From positions 12,713-76,712 of the forward strand of contig CAYTCJ010000005.1 of assembly GCA_964436545.1 (NCBI GenBank): a stretch of DNA of 64,000 nt, written 5' to 3'. The notes under the pieces are model-generated. The model was not told where the DNA came from, did not search any database, and saw only the letters and a program-made list of their open reading frames with translations. Both the position numbers and the translations under genes were made by a program. Below, in pieces: positions 1-8,475 of the stretch (positions are counted from its first letter, which is position 1; every line of letters begins with the position of its first letter). This DNA comes from an uncultured Candidatus Saccharibacteria bacterium. Lineage in GTDB: Bacteria > Patescibacteriota > Doudnabacteria > UBA920.

Positions 1-686
1 TAACGGTTAAAGCCGATACCAATGATTGGGCTTCCGGTGGTGCTTCTAACGCTCAATTTACAGTTGGTTTGAACGCGGCCGCTAACGCTACTCTTCGTGG
101 CGCTCAAAGCCAAGCTTCTATTACCCCAACTGTAACCACTTTTGCTCAGTCTTCTACTACTACAGTGGTAAGATCTACAATTACCGTAACCTCTGTTGAT
201 TCCATCACCAGTCCGGTTGGGGTAAGCGTACAAGCCACTGGCGTGCCAGCGACTGACGAAATTATGGGCATCTTTAAGGTCACTGCTTCCTCTGCAGGCG
301 ATGTAAAGCTTAACAGCATTACTTTGCAACAAGGCGGTACAGCCCCAACTGCGGTTGCCGTGCCTTACACCGTTTACGATGCTAACCAGTACTCCACTGC
401 TAATGGTACAGTCAACTTGACTGGTACCACAGCCGGTGCTCTTACTTTGACCACTGCAAGCGAAATTACAGCCGGTCAAAGCAAGTACTTCGTAGTTAAA
501 GCTTCTACCTCTGCCTTCAACACTGCTGGCACTGGTGCTGCTAAGACCTACGATTTGAAGATTACTGCCTTTAGCTTTACCGATGGCGTAACCACTCCAA
601 GCACTGTTGTTGCCAACTCATCTGATTTCATCAACGTGAGCCACGACACCACTGCTTCCGGTTCCACTGGCGGTAGAACTTACTAA
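1..686 (+). CDS. Partial Ser/Thr/Ala/Gly-rich surface protein; the 5' end lies upstream of the window. Candidate glycosylation substrate.
   Basis: The frame is open from base 3 with no stop, and the track M at 69 is a TTG. The protein is almost devoid of K/R/E/D and has long T/S/A/G/V tracts such as TPTVTTFAQSSTTTVV and TGTTAGALTLTTAS, typical of a cell-surface or pilin-like C-terminal region. A terminator follows. Confidence 0.5.
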   Translation, partial: TVKADTNDWASGGASNAQFTVGLNAAANATLRGAQSQASITPTVTTFAQSSTTTVVRSTITVTSVDSITSPVGVSVQATGVPATDEIMGIFKVTASSAGDVKLNSITLQQGGTAPTAVAVPYTVYDANQYSTANGTVNLTGTTAGALTLTTASEITAGQSKYFVVKASTSAFNTAGTGAAKTYDLKITAFSFTDGVTTPSTVVANSSDFINVSHDTTASGSTGGRTY

Positions 687-746
687 TCTTACAGAGTTTA
701 AATTAAGAGCAATCTTAATTTAATTACTAAGATGGTATAACAAATA

Positions 747-790
747 CCCCCGTTTCTCCTTTTGGAGAAGCGGGGGATTTGTTTTGCTTG
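747..790 (+). terminator. Rho-independent terminator
   Basis: cccccgtttctcc / ggagaagcggggg stem with one G-U pair, followed by tttgttttg. Confidence 0.6.
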
Positions 791-819
791 AAGATCACTT
801 TGGGCATTTTAAAGCATCC

Positions 820-848
820 TTGAAAAGAACAGCTTAATCAAGTATAAT
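820..848 (+). promoter_or_regulatory. Sigma70-like promoter
   Basis: TTGAAA, 17-nt spacer, TATAAT, ending 7 nt before the ATG at 855. Confidence 0.4.
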
Positions 849-854
849 CCCCAT

Positions 855-3083
855 ATGAAAATTACAACAGCTAAAAAATTATTTTTTGCTTTATTGGTCT
901 TGGCTTTGCTTTCGGTTTTTGGGTTGTTTAGGGATTTGGCTTATCCGTTTATTACCAGTAAAGTGTTGTGGTTTCGAAGCGCCGTGCTGTTGGCGTTGCC
1001 GATTTATTTTTATCTGCTCAGTTTGGAAAAATCCATTCGGCCCAATTTAAAACATCCTTTGCATTGGGTAGTGTTGGCTTTTTTTGCCATTAACCTTATT
1101 AGCTCCGTATGGGGGGTAAATTTTCATCGAAGCGTGTGGGGTAATTATGAACGTATGGGGGGAGTGTGGTATTTGGGGCATTTAACGTTGCTGTATTTTT
1201 ATTTGGATGCTTTGGCCAAATACAGTAATTTTAAGTTTCAACAAATTTTAAAACTCTTGGCTCTCTTGGGCGCTTTAGGCGGGTTATATGCGGTACTTAC
1301 CAAACTGGGTTTTCCTGCTTGGCCGTTTCCGGACGATTCTTTGCCGGCTCGGGCTTCCGGGTTTTTTGGAAACCCGATTTTCTTTGCCAGTTTTTTAATT
1401 TTTCCTTTTACTTTAAGTTTATTTTTTCTTAAACAAGCTGAGGACAAAAGAGCGTTTCGGTTTTGGCTTTTGGCATCGGCTTTCAATTTTTTAGGTATTT
1501 ATTTCAGCGCGACTCGGGGAGCGCTTTTGGGGTTATTGGTGGGTTTGGGTTTAGGGTTGTTAGTTTGGGCCTTAATGATTGAAGAAAAAAAATACAAGCT
1601 TTATGGCTTATTAGCCATTGCCGGGAGTTTATTAGTGGTATTAATGTTGTTTGTGTTTAGTGGTGCTTTTGCACCCGGTTCAGTGGTGCGGAGGCTTACG
1701 GATTTTGGCGATTCCAACACTCGGGCGCGTATTTTACAATGGGAGGCGGGACTGAAAGGTTTTAAAGACCATCCGGTGCTGGGGGTGGGGCCGGAAAATT
1801 ATTATGTTATTGGGAATAAATATTTTAACCCCAATATCTACCAATACGACAGAAGCTGGTTCGATAAACCACACAACTATCCTTTAGAAGTTTTACTTAC
1901 TTCCGGATTGTTAGGGTTTCTTGCCTATGTAATCTTAATTGGTATGTCCGTGGGCGGAGCGTATCGGGCTTTAAAGCACCAAATTCTTAGCCGGCTGGAA
2001 TTTGCAATTTTATTAGGCGGAATTACGGCCTACCAAGTTCAAAATTTATTTGTGTTCGATACTGTAAGTGCCAGTATGGCCTTTTATGTATTTTTGGCGT
2101 TTACCGCCTTTTTATGGCAAGCCGACAGAGTGGAGAATAAATCGGGAGAGGTTAAAGCGAGTTCCGAAATGGCCACCTACGGACTTATCCTGTGTGGCTT
2201 AGTGGTGGTTTGGGTTTGGTACATCACCAATTTTTTACCGGCCCAAGCCATGGCTAAATTAAACACCGGGGTATCTATTGGGCTAAGAAATCCGGTAGAA
2301 GCCAGAGAAGGTTTTAAAAATGCTTATCGAGCGGATATGAATTTAGATTTAACCGAAACTGCATCTAAATATGAAGAATTTGCCAGTGAGTTAGCCATTG
2401 TTAATCAAAAACCGGAAGACAGAGCTTTTGTTTTAGAGACTGTAAAAGATGTAATTGCGGTCTTGGAATCGGCATTAAAACAGAATTCCAACGATCCTAT
2501 TTTATGGTTTAAGCTCACAAATATGAAATCGACTTTAAAGCACATTACGCAAGCCGAATACTCTAAGGAGATTGAGGAAGTGGCGTTAAAGTCTGTAAGT
2601 TTGGCGCCGAATCGGGTAGAGCCCAGATATTATTTAGTGCAAGCTTTGCAAGTAAAGCGGGATTTGGACCAGGCGGTTAGGGCCCAAATTGAAGTAATTA
2701 AAATTGACTATGCCAACCCCTTTAATTTTTGGCGCATGGCCTTACTGTATAGAGATTTTGGCGATTTGCCGAGGGCATATAATTTGGCAAGGTTTGCCAG
2801 ACAAAACGGGTATGAGTTTAGAAATTTAGCCGAGGCTCAATGGATGGCCAAATATTATTCCGATTTGAACCAATTTAACGAATTACAAAAAGCTTACGAA
2901 GAGTTAATTAAAAACAATTTGGCGGATTTTCAGACTTATGCCAATTTAGCGACTGTGTATGCTAAGTTAGGGGATAAAGACAAAGCTCGCGCCACGGCGC
3001 TTAAAGTTTTGGAATTGGAACCCAAAGCCAAAGCCGATGTGGAATTGTTCTTGAAAAAACTCAACCTCGGCGAACAGTTTTAA
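855..3083 (+). CDS. Polytopic membrane protein with a Wzy_C (O-antigen ligase/PglL/TfpO-type) domain and a C-terminal TPR region; candidate O-oligosaccharyltransferase
   Basis: There are 10-12 predicted TM helices. The Wzy_C-like core is GNPIFFASF...SATRGALLGLLVGLGLG, with a periplasmic loop FKDHPVLGVGPENYYVIGNKYFNPNIYQYDRSWFDKPHNYPLEVL. The roughly 300-aa C-terminus has TPR-like repeats (LAPNRVEPRYYLVQAL..., ANLATVYAKLGDKDKA). It is a paralogue of the gene at 6337-8475. Confidence 0.7.
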   Translation: MKITTAKKLFFALLVLALLSVFGLFRDLAYPFITSKVLWFRSAVLLALPIYFYLLSLEKSIRPNLKHPLHWVVLAFFAINLISSVWGVNFHRSVWGNYERMGGVWYLGHLTLLYFYLDALAKYSNFKFQQILKLLALLGALGGLYAVLTKLGFPAWPFPDDSLPARASGFFGNPIFFASFLIFPFTLSLFFLKQAEDKRAFRFWLLASAFNFLGIYFSATRGALLGLLVGLGLGLLVWALMIEEKKYKLYGLLAIAGSLLVVLMLFVFSGAFAPGSVVRRLTDFGDSNTRARILQWEAGLKGFKDHPVLGVGPENYYVIGNKYFNPNIYQYDRSWFDKPHNYPLEVLLTSGLLGFLAYVILIGMSVGGAYRALKHQILSRLEFAILLGGITAYQVQNLFVFDTVSASMAFYVFLAFTAFLWQADRVENKSGEVKASSEMATYGLILCGLVVVWVWYITNFLPAQAMAKLNTGVSIGLRNPVEAREGFKNAYRADMNLDLTETASKYEEFASELAIVNQKPEDRAFVLETVKDVIAVLESALKQNSNDPILWFKLTNMKSTLKHITQAEYSKEIEEVALKSVSLAPNRVEPRYYLVQALQVKRDLDQAVRAQIEVIKIDYANPFNFWRMALLYRDFGDLPRAYNLARFARQNGYEFRNLAEAQWMAKYYSDLNQFNELQKAYEELIKNNLADFQTYANLATVYAKLGDKDKARATALKVLELEPKAKADVELFLKKLNLGEQF

Positions 3084-3090
3084 ACCCAAT

Positions 3091-3132
3091 AATCATTCTT
3101 ATATTCTGCAGAATATAAGAATGATTTTGTAT
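3091..3132 (+). terminator. Rho-independent terminator: 17-bp perfect palindrome followed by a T tract
   Basis: aatcattcttatattctg|cagaatataagaatgatt, then ttgtatat. Confidence 0.6.
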
Positions 3133-3206
3133 ATAAGTAACTAGAGTTGATAAAAATTTTCGGTTTGATATACTAATAAAAATTACTAAAATTTAACGAA
3201 ATAAAT

Positions 3207-3515
3207 ATGACAAAGAAACAAAAAATTTGGCTAGGGAATTTTTCAGTATTATTTTTTACTTATCTATTTCCATTATTTATATTTAATAAATATCAAAATA
3301 AAATAAATGATACGAACTTTGTAAAATATTCTGTATTTTTTATTCTATTATGTGGCTCAATATTTTTATTATATTTTAATATAAAAAATTATAACAAAGA
3401 AAAAATTAATAAGTCATTATATATATTTTTTGGACTGTTTGGGGTGTTAGGATTTTTATACTCAATCTCAATATTATTTTTGTTATTTTCATTTAGACAT
3501 GGGATTGGCTTTTAA
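3207..3515 (+). CDS. Small hypothetical three-TM membrane protein lying in an extremely AT-rich islet
   Basis: A 102-aa ORF with three hydrophobic segments. The surrounding 3084-3533 region is over 78% AT, lower in GC than its flanks. Confidence 0.35.
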   Translation: MTKKQKIWLGNFSVLFFTYLFPLFIFNKYQNKINDTNFVKYSVFFILLCGSIFLLYFNIKNYNKEKINKSLYIFFGLFGVLGFLYSISILFLLFSFRHGIGF

Positions 3516-3533
3516 TTTGTTAAGCAAAAATTT

Positions 3534-6332
3534 ATGAAACTAAAAATTGTCAAATTATTAATCTTCCTACTGCTAGTTATCGGTTTTCCTATTCAATCTT
3601 TAGCTCAAACCGCAGACCCGAATGTTTGTAGGGCAATAGATAATCATTCTCCCGTAACTAGTATTACTTACGATTATGGACTTAATGGTTTAGTAAGGTT
3701 TCACTACACTATTCCTTACGATTGGCGAAATTTAGATACTGCTGTTTTGTTAGCTACAGAAAACTGTGATATTTTAGGTGGTAGTTACATTAGTAATTCT
3801 ACTAGTTTTATTGGAGTTAGAAAATTATTAATTCAAGTAGTGGATCACGCTCCGGGCTGGTATGAATTTAGAACTTACGATGAAGATACTGGCTTGCCAT
3901 ACCCAGTCGGGGGCTTAACTCCGTTTTGGCGACCAGTGGTGGGTATTAGTTTTGGCGAAACCGGTTCAGGTCCGGGTAGGGCCTGGGTAGACAGTCCTTT
4001 AGTAAGAGTGAAAGATATTACTCAAGTCGACAAACCTCCGGTTTTAATTGTGCCTGGGGTTTTAGGCACAGAGATGTTTAAAGGAAATGAAAAATTATGG
4101 TTGGATATTAATAGAAATTTAACTGATGTAGGTGATCAATTTATGGATGGAATGCTATTTAATAGCAATTTAATACCAATTAACAATTTGAATTTAGGTG
4201 AAGTTATAAAAAAGAAAACTAAAAATATAGGGGTTGGTGATATAGTATTATTTGATTATACCGACGGTTTAATTAATGAATTTACCTCTCAAGGCTACAC
4301 TGAAGGCAAAGATTTATTTACTTTTCCTTATGACTGGCGGTATGGGGTAAATCAAATCAATATAGAAGCTCTGAAGGCAAAAATTCAAGCTATTGGTAAC
4401 GGTGGTAAAGTAAATGTCGTGGCTCATTCCACTGGAGGACTATTAGTGAAGAAGTATGTAAGGGATAACCCCACCACCCATAACATTAACAAAGCTGTGT
4501 TTGTGGGAGTGCCAAATACGGGCGCGCCTAAAGCGATTAAAGTTTTACTGCAAGGTGATAATTTTGGTGTATTAGGTTTGTCCGATGCAGAAATGAAAAA
4601 ATTGGCACAAAATTTACCCGTAGTTTATGACTTAGCCCCAAGTCAAAAGTACTTTACTAATAAAGGCAGTTTTTATAGGGTCATTGAAACATTATTAAAT
4701 CAGCCCATACAAGACAGAGGCTTAAATTATTCTGAAGCCCGGGCTCGAATGTTAACTCAAAAAGGTGCAAATTTATTAGCGTTTAATAACGCGGAAGCTT
4801 TGCATACTTTAGAGTTTGATAATTACGATTTAAGAACCGCTGGTGTGGATGTATATAATATTGTGGGTTGTAAAGCTTACACCTTAAGCCAAGTGATAGA
4901 ACGTACTTGGCAAAATCTTTCCGGAAATTATTATAGTGAATATTTAATACCAGAAATGCTTCCCGGTGATGGCACTGTACCTTTAGAAAGTGCCACCAAC
5001 TTGCCGGTGGATGAATATAAAAAATATTACTCGTTAAGTTCTGAGCATAGTAAAATGTTGAGTCAGTCCGGGACTAGGCAAAAAATTGTTAATATTATAA
5101 CCGGTTCAAATTTGTCAGTAGGGGATACTATTACTCAAGATGTCTCTAAATGTAAGTTAAATGGCAAAGCTTACAGTGTGTATAGTCCCTTGGACATTTC
5201 AGTTAAGGATAATTTAGGCAATGTGTTAGGTTTTTCTGAAGATGGTAGCTTAGAGAATCAGATTCCAAATGCCAGCTTTGAAGTTTTTGAACATAATAAA
5301 TTTGTATTTTTGCCAGAAGATGAAGGTCAAACTTACCAAATTAACCTGAAAGGCACTGGCGAGGGGACTTTTACTTTCAAAGTAGAGAACGTGGAAAATA
5401 ATCAGACTACCGAGACCCAAGTGTTTAGTAATATTCCAGTTAGTACTAGTTTGCAAGGAACAGTTAATGAAAGTAGTCATCAGGCTATATTAAACTTAGA
5501 TATTAATGGGGACAATACAATTGACCAAGTTGTTCAGCCATCTACAATATTAAACTCAGATGAGTCAAAAGATTTATTACCCCCCATTACCACTCTTGAT
5601 GTAACTGGACAAATGGGTGATAAGGGTTTTTATCGTTCTAATATAACTATCACTTTAAGTTCTCTGGACCCGATTACCTTAGGGCAGGAAATGCAAACTT
5701 CCGGGGTACTAAAAACGCAGTATAATTTAAATCAGCAAGGCTGGGTAGATTATAGTTCTCCATTTGTGTTGGAGAATGAGGGTGATTATACTTTAGAATT
5801 TTTTAGTACCGATAAAGCGGGAAATAATGAATCCGTTCAAACCTTACACTTCATAATTGATAAAACCGCTCCGGAATTGGGAATTAAGTTTAATCCTCAA
5901 ACTAAAGATTTAAGTTTTGTTGGAAAAGATAACCTTACTACTACTTCTAAACTCACTTTACTGGATTTAGATGATAATATTACTGTAAAAGATCAAGCTG
6001 GAAATATTACTGAACTAAAGTTAAAAGAAAAAGGTAGAAAAAAAACTTTGAAAGCGGAAATTAAGGCTTTAAGCTATAATGGAGTTAATCAAGATATAAA
6101 TCCCAATAGTTTAAAAGTTAATTGGCAGACCGATAAACAAGGGCAGTTAAAGGAGTTGCATCAAGCAATTCGTTCTAAAAAAGAATATAATGTAAAAGCA
6201 GAGTATAATAGTAAAATCAACAAAACTAAATTAGAAGGTAAGGATGCCTTGGGGAGAATTAATAAGACTTTAGCGGGGTTAGTATTGCTTAATACCTTTA
6301 CAGATAAAGGAGATTTAAAGTGGGAGTATTAA
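3534..6332 (+). CDS. Secreted 932-aa protein with an LCAT-like alpha/beta-hydrolase (lipase/acyltransferase) domain and a C-terminal Ig-like/adhesin-like region
   Basis: Signal peptide MKLKIVKLLIFLLLVIGFPIQSLAQT. The motif FTFPYDWRYG followed by the nucleophile elbow VVAHSTGGLL (AxSxG, as in LCAT and Bacillus LipA families). The C-terminal half is beta-rich and contains the motif YTLEFFSTDKAGNNES, as seen in bacterial Ig-like surface domains. Confidence 0.6.
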   Translation: MKLKIVKLLIFLLLVIGFPIQSLAQTADPNVCRAIDNHSPVTSITYDYGLNGLVRFHYTIPYDWRNLDTAVLLATENCDILGGSYISNSTSFIGVRKLLIQVVDHAPGWYEFRTYDEDTGLPYPVGGLTPFWRPVVGISFGETGSGPGRAWVDSPLVRVKDITQVDKPPVLIVPGVLGTEMFKGNEKLWLDINRNLTDVGDQFMDGMLFNSNLIPINNLNLGEVIKKKTKNIGVGDIVLFDYTDGLINEFTSQGYTEGKDLFTFPYDWRYGVNQINIEALKAKIQAIGNGGKVNVVAHSTGGLLVKKYVRDNPTTHNINKAVFVGVPNTGAPKAIKVLLQGDNFGVLGLSDAEMKKLAQNLPVVYDLAPSQKYFTNKGSFYRVIETLLNQPIQDRGLNYSEARARMLTQKGANLLAFNNAEALHTLEFDNYDLRTAGVDVYNIVGCKAYTLSQVIERTWQNLSGNYYSEYLIPEMLPGDGTVPLESATNLPVDEYKKYYSLSSEHSKMLSQSGTRQKIVNIITGSNLSVGDTITQDVSKCKLNGKAYSVYSPLDISVKDNLGNVLGFSEDGSLENQIPNASFEVFEHNKFVFLPEDEGQTYQINLKGTGEGTFTFKVENVENNQTTETQVFSNIPVSTSLQGTVNESSHQAILNLDINGDNTIDQVVQPSTILNSDESKDLLPPITTLDVTGQMGDKGFYRSNITITLSSLDPITLGQEMQTSGVLKTQYNLNQQGWVDYSSPFVLENEGDYTLEFFSTDKAGNNESVQTLHFIIDKTAPELGIKFNPQTKDLSFVGKDNLTTTSKLTLLDLDDNITVKDQAGNITELKLKEKGRKKTLKAEIKALSYNGVNQDINPNSLKVNWQTDKQGQLKELHQAIRSKKEYNVKAEYNSKINKTKLEGKDALGRINKTLAGLVLLNTFTDKGDLKWEY

Positions 6333-6336
6333 ATAT

Positions 6337-8475
6337 ATGTTAGATAATAAAAATAAATTGAGGTTTAATGTTTTTTTCGGTTTGGTGTGTTTGGCGTTAA
6401 CTTCACCTTTGTGGGTGAGTAAACAATTATTATTCCCTTATGTCACCACCAAGGCATTTGTTTTGCGTTTGGCCATAGAGTTGGCTTTGCCATTTTATGC
6501 GTATTTTCTACTTACTCATCCTCAGAGTCGACCGAACCTTAAAAGTCCGCTAAATTTTGCTGTGGTTGGATTTGTGTTAACCACTTGGCTTTCTGCATTT
6601 TTTGGAGAAAATCTAATTAAGAGTGTTTTTGGTAATTTTGAAAGAATGGGGGGAGCCTTGTATGTGACTCATTTAGCCTTATTGTATTTTTATATTATTT
6701 TTTTGGGTCAAACGGCCTCCAAATATTTATTTCGCATACTGCAATTTTTTATTTTGGTTAGTTTTGTAATTTGTACCAATGGCGTGGTGGGATGGCTAGG
6801 CGGACCAACTTTGGTGTTGGATCCCAGCTTACCGGGGAGGGCTTCTTCCACTTTGGGCAACCCAATTTATTTAGGGGCTTTTGCCATTGTGCCCATGTTT
6901 TTGTGTTTATATTTTTTGTTAAACCAGTCTAAACTTTCCAGTAAAATTATTTATGGAGTGTTAGCGGTTATCTTTTTTTTAGCTATGATGCAAAGTGGAA
7001 CCAGAGGGGCTTTGGTTGGTGTGTTATTGGGTTTGGCGGTAGGAGTAATTTTATATATATTTTTAAACACCAGTAAAGCATTAAAGCAAAAGGGGATTAT
7101 TTTTATTGTAATTTGTGGTGGATTTTTTGGTTATTTGTTTTGGCAACCGCAAGTTTTACCCACAGGTAGCACGGTGCGGAGGATTTTTGAGTTGCGCGAT
7201 ACCAATACCAGCTCCAGAATTATTCAATGGCAAACGGCTTTGCGCGGGTTTAAAGATTATCCGTTCTTGGGAGTCGGACCGGAAAATTATTACGTGATTT
7301 CCAACAAATATTACAATCCCGAAAGCTACCAATACGACAGAAGCTGGTTTGATAAGCCTCATAACTATCCTTTAGAAATTTTAGTTACCGGCGGAATCAT
7401 TAACTTTATTTTTTATGTCGGGATAATTCTTTTTACCCTGAAGATTTTATTGGCGTCTTATAAACAAGAGTTTTTATCTTTATTGGAATTTTGTGTTTTG
7501 GTCGCCGGGTTGGTAGCTTATTTGGGGCAAAATATGTTTGTTTTTGATACCGTACCAACCAGTGTGGCCTTTTATGTGGTAATTGGCTTGGCCGGGGTTT
7601 TGGATATTTTAATGCAGAAAAAACAAAAATCAACTGTTGTTATTCCGGATTTACCTAAAATTTTTCGGTTCTCCATGGTAGGCCTAGTATTTTTGGTAGT
7701 CGTATATAGCGGTTATTATTTAAATTGGCTACCCATTTGGGCCTCTAAAAATACGAATTATGGATTAGCTTACGCTTCGATAAATTTAGAAAAATCGGTT
7801 GGGTATTTTAACGATGTGATTAATAATCAATTTAATTTTGATGTATCTGAATCTGCATCAAAATATGCCGATGCCTTATTGCCAGCTTTAACTCCAGAAG
7901 TGCTAGCTAAATTAGATAAAAGTAAACTGCTCCAGTATTTGCAATCTTTGGAAGAATATTTAGCTTTGGCGAGTTATAAATCGCCTTTGGATCCGATTTT
8001 ATTACAAAAATTAGCCAGTGTGAGATTTCAACTGGCCTATTATTCCAATTCTTTGAATTTATTCAATAGCGCAATTACAGATTTAGAACAAGCGGTGGCT
8101 TTGGCTCCTACCCGAGTGGAGGCCAGAGAAGCTTTGGCGCAAATTCGTATTTTTCAGGGTCAAGATGCAGAAGCCTTAAAGTTAGTGGAAAAAAACGTAG
8201 AATACGATAAAGCTTATTTTAAAACACGTTGGTTGTATGCCACCTTATTAAATAAAAATAAGCAAATAGAAAAAAGTATAGAACAAGCTTCGGTAGCTTT
8301 AGCATTAGGTTATGAGCCACATACTTTAGGTGAAGTAAAATGGCTAATTGACGCGTTGGTACAAAAACAAAATTTTAAACAAGTGGTAGCTGTGTATGAA
8401 TTGGTTAATAAGGCAAATAAATTAAGTTTAGAAGACCAACAGCAGTTGTTGAAATATCGAGCTAGGGAGCAGTAG
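6337..8475 (+). CDS. Second Wzy_C (O-antigen-ligase-like) membrane protein with a C-terminal TPR region; paralogue of 855-3083
   Basis: The same architecture and near-identical loop FKDYPFLGVGPENYYVISNKYYNPESYQYDRSWFDKPHNYPLEIL. It carries the SGTRGALVGVLLGL motif and a TPR-like C-terminus (LAPTRVEAREALAQIRIFQG...). Confidence 0.7.
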   Translation: MLDNKNKLRFNVFFGLVCLALTSPLWVSKQLLFPYVTTKAFVLRLAIELALPFYAYFLLTHPQSRPNLKSPLNFAVVGFVLTTWLSAFFGENLIKSVFGNFERMGGALYVTHLALLYFYIIFLGQTASKYLFRILQFFILVSFVICTNGVVGWLGGPTLVLDPSLPGRASSTLGNPIYLGAFAIVPMFLCLYFLLNQSKLSSKIIYGVLAVIFFLAMMQSGTRGALVGVLLGLAVGVILYIFLNTSKALKQKGIIFIVICGGFFGYLFWQPQVLPTGSTVRRIFELRDTNTSSRIIQWQTALRGFKDYPFLGVGPENYYVISNKYYNPESYQYDRSWFDKPHNYPLEILVTGGIINFIFYVGIILFTLKILLASYKQEFLSLLEFCVLVAGLVAYLGQNMFVFDTVPTSVAFYVVIGLAGVLDILMQKKQKSTVVIPDLPKIFRFSMVGLVFLVVVYSGYYLNWLPIWASKNTNYGLAYASINLEKSVGYFNDVINNQFNFDVSESASKYADALLPALTPEVLAKLDKSKLLQYLQSLEEYLALASYKSPLDPILLQKLASVRFQLAYYSNSLNLFNSAITDLEQAVALAPTRVEAREALAQIRIFQGQDAEALKLVEKNVEYDKAYFKTRWLYATLLNKNKQIEKSIEQASVALALGYEPHTLGEVKWLIDALVQKQNFKQVVAVYELVNKANKLSLEDQQQLLKYRAREQ

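Noticed and set aside
1238-1486. 82-aa minus-strand ORF inside the first Wzy_C gene
   Set aside because: It is fully antisense to a strongly supported membrane-protein gene, and its product is a basic low-complexity peptide.
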